A DNA stretch of 64,000 nt from Octopus bimaculoides. Lineage: Eukaryota. The DNA lies in contig NC_068986.1 of assembly GCF_001194135.2 (NCBI RefSeq), forward strand, positions 18,871,566-18,935,565. The letters run 5' to 3'. Positions 13,999 to 27,620 of this stretch are shown piece after piece. The position numbers were made by a program, and so were the translations under genes. Position 1 is the stretch's first letter. Every line of letters begins with the position of its first letter. Below the pieces are notes generated by a model. It searched no databases. It was not told the DNA's origin and saw only the letters and a program-made list of their open reading frames with translations.

Positions 13999-14906
13999 CA
14001 TACATTCATACATACATATGTATATAATATATATATGACAAGTGTCTGCATACATGAGCGTATTTTCAACCCAGCGAACATACTTCCCGTACTTTCAACC
14101 ATACCATATTTATGCCAATGTGTATGTAAACGCAGTCATCGCCAAAATTCCTCCGTATTCTTTATTTAAACACAATAACCTCTATATTATAACGTCGAGA
14201 GCTTGCAGTGATTTCCTTTTGTTTTAGCACAATCCATCCAGACTTGGCGCCAAAAAGCGGAAGAAATATTATTGACCCGCAAGCTGGTAATATTAATTAA
14301 AACTATACTTCAATGGCGGATAACATTGATCGCTGGTCAGAGGCGGAAGTGAAGTGAAGTTGGAGCTAGTGACTTCATCAGGCAGTAGTTGGGAGATGTT
14401 TGCAACACAAGTTCTAACGGATGGACGTAGAAAAATATCACAATTATCAAACACATCCTCCCATACAAACCAACATCGACACTGACGACTGCCAACAACA
14501 GTAGCATCATCATCATCATCATCTTCGTCGTCGTCGTTCTCGTCGTTGTCGCCGTCGTCGTCGTCGTCATTATCATCATCATCATCATCAGCATCATCCT
14601 CCTCATCATCATCGTCATCAACAGCAGCAGAATTTTGCATATCGATAATATCAATGTTTCCATGTTTCAATTATGTGTCAATATCTTTAATATTAAAATT
14701 ATTAATCTACACACAAATAATAATTCTTTGTATATATATACATATAAAAACGAGCGCATACATACACATATACATGTAAGTATGTGAATATATGTATACA
14801 TATACTTATAAATTTTTACCTTCTTTCTTCTAATTCTTCTTCCTCTTCTTAATCATCATCTTCTTCTTCTTCTCTGACTCCTTTCTCTTCGACTTATTTT
14901 TCTTTT

Positions 14907-15041
14907 CAGTTCTATATTTAAGAGACGAGGAATTATGTACGTTATTTACATTATTTGTCCTCATCTTGTTTTTGGTTAACACAACGAATCGGCTGATAAC
15001 CCCGCCCCACCCCAACATTCATCAGGTGTCTTGGGGAATTT
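14907..15041 (-). mobile_element. Short hammerhead-bearing repeat (family E), copy 1
   Basis: Minus strand GACAC-CTGATGA-A..CAGCC-GATTCGTT-GTGTT then AACAAGATGAGGACAAAT..TCTCTTAAATATAGAACTG; the same tail occurs at 57577-57690 (-) and 58632-58754 (+). Confidence 0.7.
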
Positions 15042-15108
15042 TCGTAGTGGTTAAGAACGCAGGCTACCAACCCCGAGATTCCGTGTTTGATTGCAGGTAC
15101 TGACCTGA
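15042..15108 (+). mobile_element. tRNA-derived head followed by (AAT)n
   Basis: CGTAGTGGTTAAG (A-box-like), anticodon-arm-like GGCTACCAACCCC and GTTTGATTGCAGG (degenerate B-box), running into (AAT)n. Confidence 0.6.
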
Positions 15109-15109
15109 A

Positions 15110-15123
15110 TAATAATAATTATA

Positions 15124-15220
<97 letters not shown>

Positions 15221-15355
15221 TAATAATAATAATAATAATAATAATAATGGTAAAGAAGAAGAAGAAGAAGAAGAAGAAGAAGAAGAAGAAGAAGAAGAAG
15301 AAGAAGAAGAAGAAGAAGAAGAAGAAGAAGAAGAAGAAGAAGAAGAAGAAGAAGG
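15110..15355. repeat. (AAT)n then (GAA)n microsatellites
   Basis: Direct observation. Confidence 0.97.
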
Positions 15356-15359
15356 ATGA

Positions 15360-15500
15360 CTTAAAATTACGCCAACGTCGGTATTGCCTTTCTTCCTTTC
15401 GGGGTCGATAAATTATATACCAGTTGCGTAATGGGGTCGATCTAATCGACTGGCCTCATCCCACAAAATTTTGAGCCTTGTGTCTCGAGTAGAAAAGATT
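15360..15500 (+). mobile_element. SINE family A, 3' portion
   Basis: TTGCCTTTCTTCCTTTCGGGGTCGATAAATT..GGGGTCGATCTAATCGACTGGCC..GCCTTGTGTCTCGAGTAGAAAAGA. Confidence 0.85.
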
Positions 15501-15520
15501 ACTATTATTATTATTATTAT

Positions 15521-15560
<40 letters not shown>

Positions 15561-17139
15561 CGTAATTTATTTATTATTTTTATTTACGCTTTCATTGCAA
15601 CTGGATTTTTTTCTTTGTCAGGAGCTTTTATAAATGCGTACACATATACGTACAGATGTATACAAACAGACACACACACACACACACACACACACATGCA
15701 GATTCATTTAGATGTTGTCCAAGGTGATCGGAAATAATATTGTTGTTGCATCATTTCATTTATAATTATAGTACGTATATATCATCAATCTACTCATCAT
15801 CAATCTCTCTCGCTGATAAATATAATATAATATAATATATATANNNNNNNNNNNNNNNNNNNNNNNNNNNNNNNNNNNNNNNNNNNNNNNNNNNNNNNNN
15901 NNNNNNNNNNNNNNNNNNNNNNNNNNNNNNNNNNNNNNNNNNNNNNNNNNNNNNNNNNNNNNNNNNNNATATCATGAGAGAGATAGGAGAGAGAACTTCT
16001 TACTTAGAGAAATACATACATAATTGGATTGAATTACTCTCATTTATAATGTATATTGTCTGAAAATATATGAAAATTATCAAAAACGTCATATTTAGTG
16101 CAACAATAAAGTGATACATAAGTGTCATTATACCGAAATGAGTCTAGAAAATATAGCTAAGTATAGATATGACGCCTACGATACAAGATAAGGATATAAA
16201 ATGCGTATGTGAATTATATACACTGGGGATTTGCAGTAAATATCGCTAATACATCATTTTCCAATAATAATATAAATAAATAATTAAGAAACACTCAGTT
16301 TGTTTCCTAATTAATTGAGAAAGGGAGTTAGAATTACAGAAATTATCGCTGAAAGTAAATTAGGTTACGCTAAAGATGTTTTAATGAAATTTTATGATTG
16401 AATACGTCGCGGTCATAGCGAGATATCACATTTTTATTGGTAGGTGTTCAAGCAGAGAACGCGATGAAAATTAGTTTATGAGAATAAATATTATAAGAAA
16501 ATACTATAAGAAATACATTTATGTATTTTTTTTTCTATTTCTTCCCACGAAATGACGCATAGAGAAATTACATTATAATTAGGCAGTAAGGTTGAATGCC
16601 TAATTTGCATATTTATGCATTTCCCAGCTCGTTATAAATGATATATTATCTATATTATGCACAACATAGCATAACTGACAAAATTTAAATGGTTTTAAGA
16701 ATTACAAAACTACACACAAATCAAATAAGAATGCACACATACACTTTCTATGCTTTCCATGTGTTGAAAATTCGGAAAGGCTATGCGGACGGATCGTTTC
16801 ACGTTTTGTTGAACAAGCCTCCTCGAGAATGAACTCCATTTCATTCCGCAATAAGCAGTATTGTTCGGATGCTATATAAAACAGATATCAACAAATGCTG
16901 TACTTCTGTAGATAGGCTAATGTGCATATTTGTGTTTTCTGATACCGTCTCATTAATTAAAATATCAATTTTAATCACAAGACAGCGATTACGTATTAGT
17001 CACTCGTACTTGAATATATCTAAACTTTACATTGAATGGTGAAAGTATCTGCGTCTCCTTCTCTGGCGATCGACAAACAAAACGTAAACTTATCCATCAC
17101 GGGACATTATTGTTCTTTTCACGTCATATCAAGAGCAAA

Positions 17140-17450
17140 AACCGTTTGCGCGCCGGTCAAAATACTTAGTGATATTTTGTCAAATTTGTATGTTCCGGAT
17201 TTAAATTGCGCGGAGGTCGACTTTGTTTTAAGGGGCCAAGCAGGCAGAATCGTTAGCAAAGAGGACAAAATGCATAGCGGCATTTCGTCTGTCTTTACGT
17301 TCTAAGTTCAAATTTTGCCAAGTTCGACTTTGCCTTTCGTAATATTGGTATCGATAAAATACGTACCAGACGAGCACGGAAATGGATGTAACCGACTTAA
17401 CCCCGCCCCCACCCAAGACAGCTGGCCTTGTGTCATAATTTAAAATCAAC
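17140..17450 (+). mobile_element. Two tandem SINE family A segments
   Basis: A partial head ending GAGGTCGACTTTG is followed by a second GGCAGAATCGTTAGC..GTTCAAATTTTGCC copy. Confidence 0.75.
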
Positions 17451-17600
17451 ATATCTATTTCCTAATTTACTTAAATATATTTCAGTAATTCTGTTTTACG
17501 CTGAGCAATAGTTATTTCTTCTTGAGTGACGAATCAGAAAAAGGACGAATATAAAATGTAGGTTACAAACCCAGAATCTTGCCTACTTCTTGAAATAATA

Positions 17601-17993
17601 CGTGATGTTGTTGTTGGCACTCCGTCGCTTACGGCGCCGAGAATTCCAGTTGATCCGATCAACGGAACAGCCTGCTCGTGAAATTAACGTGCAAGTAGCT
17701 GAGCACTCCACAGACACGTGTACACTTAACGTAGTTCTCGAGGATATTCAGCGTGACACAGTGTGACAATGCTTACCCTTTGAATTACAGGCACAACAGA
17801 AACAGGATGTAAGAGTGAGAGAAAGTTGTGGTGGAAGAGTACAGCAGCGTTCGTCACCATCCCCTGCCGGAGCATCGTGGACCATTAGGTATTTTCGCTC
17901 AATAAACACTCACAACGTTCGGTCTGTGAATCGAAACCGCGATCCTATGGCCACAGGTTCGCTGCCCTAACCACTGGACCATTGCGCCTCCAC
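17601..17993 (-). mobile_element. tRNA-derived SINE family C, near full length
   Basis: Minus-strand head GTGGAGGCGCAATGGTCCAGTGGTTAGGGCAGC..GGTTTCGATTCAC (A and B boxes); homologous to 61290-61572. Confidence 0.9.
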
Positions 17994-18371
17994 TCGCGAC
18001 CACGACGAGACGTGGGTATGCTGATAGTAAGGGACGAAATACGTGTAACTCTTATCTGAGAGGTAGACAAGAAACTTACTTCAAGGATTAGCAAAAGAAA
18101 AGAAAAACATTTTTGCATTAATTTTATTCTTTAACGTTGATCAAAACATTATAATCATATAAGCATGAATTTACTTGTATGGAAATTGACAAAAATTCAT
18201 AAAATCACGCACACAAAGAAGCGCGCGCGGAATACATAGACACACACATGTATATATGTATGTACATAGTGGGAGTAAGGAATAAGAAATGAGAAGTGGT
18301 ACATAGAGCTACTGATCCCCAGAAAACCGATTCCTCTCAACAACTTTTCGATTTCATATCGTAATCCAATA

Positions 18372-18562
18372 GGGGCAGGGCCTGAAAATTATAAAGGGTT
18401 TATTCCATTATATCGACCCCAGTCAGAAACCTGTATTTATTTCATTGACCACAAATTGATGGAAGGCAAAGGCGACCGTCAAGGAACTTTCACTCAGAAC
18501 GAACAGACGGATAAACGCTGCTCCGCCTTTCGTCCGGCCTGCTAACACTTCTGCCAGCTATC
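18372..18562 (-). mobile_element. SINE family A
   Basis: Reverse complement of GCTGGCAGAA..GTTAGC..GAGTGAAAGTTCC..TTTGCCTTCCATC..CTGGGGTCGAT. Confidence 0.75.
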
Positions 18563-18849
18563 GACATAAGAGTGCCATATAATACATCCTATCATTCTTA
18601 GCCCCTATACACAATAAAGCACAAAACAGATTCTTTAAAATAACATTCCAAGATAGTATTGTTCATTTGTTTTTCGTTGACATACAAATTCTATTGGATA
18701 ACTACCATGTGATATCCACAAGAGAATCATAGAATGGATCTCTAAAGGAACTAACGCACGCAGACACACATATTTATCAATAAATAGATGTGTGTGTGAT
18801 ATTTCGCGATATATATATATATATATATAAATGAGTGTGTGTGTATGTG

Positions 18850-18943
<94 letters not shown>

Positions 18944-19174
18944 TGTATATCGCGTAATATCACCTGAGGCCTATAATCTCAAATTTCGTCCCATTTATAT
19001 CGCAGATATATTTTTCGGTTTTGCTTTACTATTGACGGAGATAATAACATTGCCTGACTACATATATATAGAGTGGCGGTGCACTGCAAGCACTTCAATA
19101 TCTCCCATAAACGTAGCACAATCGTACACTTTAGTTAGCCCTATGTATGCGTATATACGCAGATATAAGTATAC

Positions 19175-19215
<41 letters not shown>

Positions 19216-19428
19216 CGTGTGTAAATATATATATCTAGATATGTATGTAATAAATACATAAATATATATGTACATATATATCGAAAATTTATTAACATAC
19301 ATATATAAATTTATAAACAAACTCTATTGACATTCATATATGTGCATACACACGAACGTACATACAATTGTGCGTGCATGCATGTAATTGTGTTAGAGAG
19401 CGGGTGTGCATATGCATGTTTATATATT

Positions 19429-19464
<36 letters not shown>

Positions 19465-19476
19465 TCTCCAAACCTT

Positions 19477-19511
<35 letters not shown>

Positions 19512-20072
19512 TTGTGTATGTGTGCATATATATATATATGTGTGTGTGTGTGTGTATGTGTGTGTCTATGTATGTATATATGAATATAAGTAAGTATGTA
19601 TGTATTCGTATGTGTACATACATTTCTTTTAGCTACACTCTTTAGATAAATCCACCTGCAATATTCTTTTTGGCATCAACTACAACATGTCCTGTTGCCT
19701 TGAGAGGCAATTTCAAAATACAACATTATTAAAACCACACAGCGAATGCTTTAATGTTCTTCACGCAGATGCAATTTCGATCTTGTATCTTTGTTTCCCC
19801 GGAGCTTAAAGCTTCATCCAATATCATCATTTATTTCAAAATACAGTCATGGCGGAAATTAGTTAATACTTCCAACTACCAAGTTACACTTGTCCCTGTG
19901 TATTTATAATGTTCACCTCAGGTTATATGTTTTAACTACTTCCAACACAATTCTGAACTTTCATCTACGTACAAGTTTTCGTTTCCTATGCAATGTGAAA
20001 ATAACGTGCGTGTCATTCTTGCATCTCTTCTTTTCTCTTGTATTCAATGCTTCCTTCTACACCGCCTATAAG

Positions 20073-20123
<51 letters not shown>

Positions 20124-20834
20124 NNNNNNNNNNNNNNNNNNNNNNNTAGCGAGAGGGAGAGAGAGAGAGAGAGAGATGGAGGAGGAGGGACAAAGAGATA
20201 TTTATATTTTGTTGATATTTATAAGTGTATGAAGATAAGACATATTTCATAAATATACAACTATATGTAAGCACACAGTGATACGCACACAAACTCATAT
20301 ATGCTCATACACACACATACATAAGAGGTCCTACGTCATTTTTGTATTTCATGGACAAGAATTCATATACCCACATATATTCATACGCACACACATATTC
20401 ATATATATACATATATGTATGTGTGCCTGTATGCATATATGTATATTTATATGAATGGGCAGGTATATGTATATGCTTCTGTATGCCGTTAGCTGAAGTT
20501 GTTTGCCAATATGCATATACTTATGTGTTCGCTCATTTTCGAGGCTGTACATGTGATTTATACGTATAATGTATATAAACCTACACAAAGATATATGCTT
20601 ATGTTCTATATCTTCATGTTACTTCTTTTCTGTCAGTGTGTGTGTGTAGAAGCGCACTTATATAATTCCAAAACGTCGTTTCGTTATTAATGACCTGATG
20701 TAAACATCTGTACAAAAATATTTTACGTATACGCATTTACTTACAGCTACCTTTTCGACAGCAACACAAAATTAAACACATTCAGACGTGTATACCTCGC
20801 ATCATCATCATTTCTCAACTTCTTAATTAATTAA

Positions 20835-21242
20835 TCTGTTCTACTCTAGGCACATGGCCTGAAATTTTGGGGGAGGAGCCAGTCTATTTGATGAAGCCAG
20901 TACGCAACTGGTATTTCATTTATCGACCGCGAAAGGATGAAAGGCAAAGTTGACCTCAGCGGAACTTGAACTCTGAACGTAGAGACAGACGAAATACCGT
21001 TAAGCATTTCGCCGGGTGTGCTAACGTTTCTTATTTGTTTATTGCACTCAAGGGGCTAAACATAGAGGGGGAAAAACAAGGACAGACAAAGGGATTACGT
21101 CGATTACATCGACCCCAGTACATAAGTGGTACTTAATTTATCGACCCCAAAAGGATGAAAGGCAAAGTCGACCTCGGCAGAATTTGAACTCAGAATGTAA
21201 CGGCATTTCGTTCGGTGTGCTAACGTTTCTGCCAGCTCGCCT
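20835..21242 (-). mobile_element. Two adjacent or nested SINE family A copies
   Basis: GGATGAAAGGCAAAGT(T/C)GACCTC occurs twice (about 20936 and 21153); head GGCGAGCTGGCAGAAACGTTAGC at about 21240. Confidence 0.9.
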
Positions 21243-21299
21243 TTTTCTTCCATAATTTAAGTACTACAAATTTCACGCTTTGTGCCTATTATAGTAATG

Positions 21300-21388
<89 letters not shown>

Positions 21389-21496
21389 GTGCATATAACT
21401 ATCTGACACAAAGAAACACCAGAGCTTGTTGCACTTACAAACTATTTCTCTTAAACACAAATGTGGTAAAATGACCAGTTATGAGAAAACTAGAAA

Positions 21497-22392
21497 TCGA
21501 AGTTGTATGAAACCGTTTCCGGAATAGTTATGTAGCGCGCCAACAGACTTCAGTATACATTTGTGTGCGCAATGAGAATTCGCAGAGGCCTTGATGAGGC
21601 AATGCGCCGAGGGTCATCGTTATGTTTACTACCCAAGTTGTGAAATTTGTGTTTTTGTGATCACGTCTGTGATTTTGTCATGGACAGGAACAAAGAGCAA
21701 ACGTGAAAGTTTGGTTAAACTATGTAAGTCTGCTACAGAGATATTGATAAAGTTTCGGCAAGGTCACAGCAACGAGGCAATAGGTCACATGCAATTTTCG
21801 AGGGCTACAAAAGAGGAAGAACATCCCTGGAACATTATCAACGACCTGGAAGATGTTGAGAAGTTTGGAAGAACCTGCCACGAGCGTCAACCCGGAAATG
21901 TGAAGGTAACTCATCAGATTGTGCATGAAGATCATCGGAGGACAATGGACGATGTTGTGAAGCATTTCAGGGAGGATATTCGGCGAAAAGGGCCGAGTCT
22001 GTGGAGAATGAGAACAACAATGCACCCTGTCACTGAGCTCTCCTCACTCATGAGTTTCTCTCCAAAAACAACATGGCTTCGCTTCTGCACCCATGCTGTT
22101 CGCCAAAGTTAGCACTTGCGGATTTCCATCTCTTCCTCAAGAAGAATAAGCAACTGAAAGGTTGCCGGTTTAACAGCGTTGTCGACATTCAGAGCGAATC
22201 GCAGAAGTCCCTCGACTCGCTTACAAAAAATGACTTCCAGGACAGGCCGAATTTCAAAAGTGACAGGAAATCTGGAAGCGATGTATTGCTGCGCAAGGTG
22301 ATTATTTCGAAGGTGTTGATGTTAAAAATTAAGTAAATAAGTTATTTTGTATTAAACTAACTAATCCTGGAATGTGTTAATATCGCTGTTAC
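21497..22392 (+). mobile_element. Internally deleted mariner transposon
   Basis: N-terminal VKLCKSATE..HEDHRRT is joined directly to C-terminal REDIRRKGPSLW..SPKLALADFHLF..KGCRFNSVVDIQSESQK; the first catalytic Asp region is missing; degenerate TIRs at both ends. Confidence 0.85.
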
Positions 22393-22409
22393 TAATAAAT
22401 ATTAGAGCG

Positions 22410-22575
22410 TCTGAGGTCGGCTCGCTTGGTAGAATCGTTAGCACGATTTGTAAGTTCTGTGTTTATATGTTCTGAGTTCGTATTTCGGATTTCATTCATT
22501 CCGGGTCGATAAAATATGTAATCGACTTAAAACCTTCATGAACTTGCTTGCCTTGTCCCAAAATCTGAAATCAAC
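22410..22575 (+). mobile_element. SINE family A, degenerate
   Basis: GGTAGAATCGTTAGCACG..GTTCTGAGTTCG..TTCATTCCGGGTCGATAAAA. Confidence 0.7.
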
Positions 22576-22760
22576 ATCGGTACCCTTGTTGTTATCAGTA
22601 AATGAGTAAGGGACAATTTAGTACTGCTAGCATTTTCAATCAAAGAAGGCAATCGATTAATACGAACTTAAACGATTAAATCAATAAAAGGAACAGTGAA
22701 ATTATGCAACACTTTCTAAAATTTAAACATGTAATATTTATCACAGTTATCCAAATTTCA

Positions 22761-23555
22761 GTCAGCCAACAAGGGACATGCTCAACTGGTGAAAGTCAAA
22801 CAGATGACAAGCAAGTCTGTGGTATTAAGCTGAATATTTATTGCAGTCTATGTTTTATACCAAGACCAAATTATGTACACAATAACACTTCCAATAAGTT
22901 AAGATCAGAAGCCATGAGATCCACTGCCTGGTATTGCATCGGGGAAATTTCATCATCATCATCATCATCATCATTATTATTATTATTATTATTATTGAGT
23001 GAGAGAGCAGTGCATGCCATCAAAGTGACACTGGGGTAAAAATATACGAAGCCCATTATACCCATCATGACTACCCGTCTGATAAGAGTACACCGGCCAC
23101 ATGCATCGCAACCATATGTGCGCGACATGGTGATCTCATATCAAAATAAACAGCGCATGACCTCGTACGTGGGGCCTAGTTAGAATTTTCTTCAGGTCGA
23201 GTAGCCCATCTCGCTCAAAAGGTCCCTGAATAAGGTTTGTTTAAGGATGCTGAGCGAAACACCCATATTTCCAAAGGTGAATTATTCAAACCCCATAGAA
23301 GTCCTTTCAACACATGGCTCAGATGTTCCCCCACTACTTTTGCTCATGATCAGAGATGCACATATCGTCAGCCACCAAAGGACATATTCAACTGATTAAG
23401 GTCAAACAACTGCCAAACGGATCTGTTGTATTAAGTAGAATATTTGCTGTAGCCGATCTTTTATACCAAGACAAAACAATGTACATGATAACACTTCCAA
23501 TCAATTAAGATCAAAAGCCATGAGAGCCACTGCCTGGTACAGCATCCGGGCATTT
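22761..23555 (-). mobile_element. Unclassified repeat (family D): about 560-bp copy plus a partial tandem copy
   Basis: 22761-22950 aligns with 23367-23555; the copy at 22997-23555 is bounded by (ATT)n and (CTT)n/(ATT)n. Strand inferred from the (AAT)n tail. Confidence 0.65.
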
Positions 23556-23567
23556 CTTCTTCTTCTT

Positions 23568-23673
<106 letters not shown>

Positions 23674-25299
23674 TCTGTACTCTTCACAATGTAATTTTCT
23701 CGCTTCTCTTCTTACACCGTTGTATCATTAAAATATTTCGAAGTCATATCAGTATTTTATATCAAGCTAACTAGCATAGAAAAAAACAAACTTACTGGAA
23801 CATTTAAACCACTTAGACCGATCAGAACACTTTTTTTACGTTATACATAATTTTTTAAAACTTTTTTTTTCTTCTTACCGACCCACCATCCCAATGTTCT
23901 CTTACAATATACTCATGAATGCAAATGCTCACACAATCAACAATCGCTAAAGTAACAGAAGAATATATACATTGTATACGATTATTATTGCAATCAGTTA
24001 CATCGCCAGTGCCAAAAGGTTGAAGTTACGAAGTATTCTTTCCCATTATTCCCCAAAATAGAACACCACTTAATTTTTTATACAACCATGACCGATAAAA
24101 TAAACACCAGAATACTACGTTGTGCTCTTTTAAATCCACTGTATACTAAACTCTTCAACAATTGGCTTGAAACACAATGCACAGCGTATGCAAATATTAT
24201 TTCCTCCTGAATGCTCAACTCTAAGTCGCATTGCAAATGCAAATGTTTTTCTTTAGAAATTAGATATACCCCACGTTATGCGTATGATTTGTACAATAAC
24301 GAGTATGCTTGCTTAGAATTATATTATATCACATTATATCGTTTTTCAGCACCAATGCGAAAACAAAAACGAATAGAAGATACACGTTTCTCAGAACTTC
24401 ACATCCGATTGCTTCTAGCCATTGTGGATGGAAGCAAGGTTTTTCAGATGCGAGAATCACTTTCAGCCTATGAGCTAAATGGCAGATACGAAAACGGGAA
24501 GAGAATAAATTTCATGATATAAGGAAATGATAATACCACATCCATATGATACTTTCATCAAAGGAGGTAGACGTAGGAAGATAGGATGTGGTATAGATCG
24601 CATACAAAGAATGGATAGCATTTACATCACCAAGTAAATCAATTGCGTTCACGCTACAATTTGTTGTAACTTTTTTGTATTATTCTGTGTATATTTACAA
24701 CATTTTATTGTCAATTCTTTTCTTTATCCTCATAGATTGAATAGAAACATGACGCAGATCATCAAATGACACACGCGGGAAACACACGAACAAAAATACG
24801 CATATACATGGATAAATATATCTGTGCTTGTGTGATTGTTTGTATATGTATTTATGTATATTTATATAAGTGTATACGCGTGCGCATGCACATAACCTAT
24901 GTGCGCGTGTGTATGTTTTTCAAGAATATTTCTTTTTTTTATTTTAAGTATACGCCGCAACGGTATACCGATCAATTTCAAACGCAAACAAAATACTTCG
25001 CTAACAATACACAGCTTTGCGTTAATATAATATGCATATATATANNNNNNNNNNNNNNNNNNNNNNNNNNNNNNNNNNNNNNNNNNNNNNNNNNNNNNNN
25101 NNNNNNNNNNNNNNNNNNNNNNNNNNNNNNNNNNNNNNNNNNNNNNNNNNNNNNNNNNNNNNNNNNNNNNNNNNNNNNNNNNNNNNNNNNNNNNNNNNNN
25201 NNNNNNNNNNNNNNNNNNNNNNNNNNNNNNNNNNNNNNNNNNNNNNNNNNNNNNNNNNNNNNNNNNNNNNNNNNNNNNNNNNNNNNNNNNNNNNNNNNN

Positions 25300-25335
<36 letters not shown>

Positions 25336-26319
25336 CCACACTTTGTATATATTCGTGGTGTTTTGTGTTTGTGAAGCATTTAGTACAGAAACGTTTGTGA
25401 CCATGGCCTGAAATGAGGCAAAGTATGCGTGTGTTTAGAAATAACATGGTTTACAACTACCTCATCCAGTACAGTAACAATTTACAGCTGATCGTATAAT
25501 AATCAACGATTAAACCTGTACTCTATATATTGGGATATTTCTACTCTCTAGTGTACCGTTGAACAGGTTTTGTTCAGTCGGTCTATTCAATCCGAACTGC
25601 TTACTCTTGCCGTGTGAAAATGAAAGTGTATTATGGATGTCACTGCACTCGAATGAATATTTACGCCACGATGTGCATCCTCACAGGACACAGTACGACA
25701 GCAGAGCATGCAATGTTGGTTTTGTGTCTAACCAATTCCTATCGTGTGTCCTTTTAAGCAGTTGGGGGTTGATAAGGTTATTGTTGTTGCTGATGTTGTC
25801 ACGCCCCTCAACAATTGCTACTATTTAACCCGGGAGAACACTGGAACCCCATTCAGAAGAATGTTGAAATTCTACGTCACTTATGCTACATGGAATGCGA
25901 GTTACCGGCCTTAAGAGTCTCACAGATCAAGAGAAATATAAATGAAGGCCTTTACCTACTATTTCGTCATTTACGAGGAACCTTCGTTTCGTATCGGAAC
26001 GTATAGTATTATGTTACATAGTGATTGCTTTGTTTTGCTCATCAAAAGCGAACGAACAAACGGCAAATCCAGAACATGTTTTCTAATAACTGTGCCACTG
26101 ATTTTTTTCCTCAACAACCATATTTTAAAATTATTATTCGACATTGAAGCCAAAACCAAAACCATAAATAAAATAATATAAAATATACGTACAATTAAAA
26201 AAAAACAACGAATAAATAAAAATGAATAAAAAGAAAATATTCATAAAACCAGACCATGGCAAAATTTGTTTTTGTTTCAAGTAAATCTAATTTTAATTAA
26301 AATGTAATATGAACAAAAA

Positions 26320-26322
26320 AAA

Positions 26323-26370
<48 letters not shown>

Positions 26371-27134
26371 CAACAGCATCGTAGAATGCAACAGACGAAA
26401 AACAAGTACAATATGAACAAGAACAAAAACACTAACTACGCCACCAACTTCACCAGTTACAAGAACAACACGAAACAGAAAAATAACAACAAAAGCAAGA
26501 ATTAAAGCAACACAACTAAAGAAGTAAGAAGTATGATATGAATAAAAAGAATGAGTTGCAAAAAGAAGGAAAAAACAAGAGAAGAGCCGAGAGTAAGAAG
26601 GGCGATGGTATGGAAAGGGCTGTAAAAATAGAAGTGGTGGAAAGATGAAAATAAGAATAGTGTAAGATGACGAGGAGAAACATGTAGGAGAAGATTATGA
26701 TGAGGAGGAAGTGTAGAGAGTGGGAGATTCGTGATGAAATAGTAAAGTCAAAATGATGGGTATAGAACAGTAGTGATGAGTCGAATGAGAAGTAAGGAAA
26801 AAAGTAGAAGACGAATAAGGAATGGAGAGGAAAGAAATGAAGTTGTATGATGACGAAGAATGGGGAAGAAAACAAGAAATATAGAAAGAGAGACAATAAT
26901 GGAGAGGAGGAATGAGTTGAGGTGGTCGTAGAGGGAAAAAGGTCACGAGAAAGAACATCGGCGAAGGAGAGAAAACTGAAGAAAAGGGAAATAGCATTAG
27001 GTGTAGATGCCGTTGAGTGTAACGATAGCTACGACGAAGGATGCGGCGGCGGAGGAGGAGGAGGAGGAGGAGGAGAGGGGTGAATGAGAATTTCGACCAG
27101 TTGTGTTGGAGGACAGGGAAATATGGAGATGGTA

Positions 27135-27165
<31 letters not shown>

Positions 27166-27620
27166 GAGGAGGAGGAGGAGAAGAAGAAGAAGAACAAGAA
27201 GAACAAGAAGAACAACAACAACAAGAACAACAACAACAAAAAGAAGAACAAGAACAAGAAGAAGAAGAGGAACAAGAAGAAGAAGAAGAAGAACAAGTAC
27301 AAGAACAAGAACAAGAAGAAGTAGAGGAACAAGAAGAAGAAGAAGAAGAAGAAGAACAAGAAGAAGAACAAGAAGAAGAACAAGAAGAAGAAGAAGAAGA
27401 AGAAGAAGAAGAAGAAGAAGAAGAAGAAGAAGATGGATAACAAAGGACGGAAAGGAGAGGGGAGAAGGAACCTGGAGAAGAAAAGAAGACAAAGAGGAAA
27501 AGAGCCGGAGGAAGAAAAAGAAGAAGAAGAAGAAGAAGAAGAAGAAGAAGAAGAAGAAGAAGAAGAAGAAGAAGAAGAAAGAGGCTGGAAAATTTGAAGA
27601 CGTAAATAGGAAAATTGTAG
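26320..27620. repeat. Purine-rich low-complexity tract with (AAT)n, (GAA)n, (GAG)n and (CAA)n
   Basis: Direct observation; explains the E/Q/R-rich ORFs. Confidence 0.9.

Noticed and set aside
14335-14392. Minus-strand CTGATGA-A-GTCA..TGAC
   Set aside because: A stem II-like pair is present, but GAAA and stem I are missing.
15042-15108. tRNA gene
   Set aside because: Degenerate boxes and no acceptor stem; treated as a SINE-type head. The same applies to the heads of SINE families A, B and C.
19750-19850. Minus-strand ILDEALSSG, like an ABC Walker B motif
   Set aside because: Isolated short match without splice sites or other ABC motifs.
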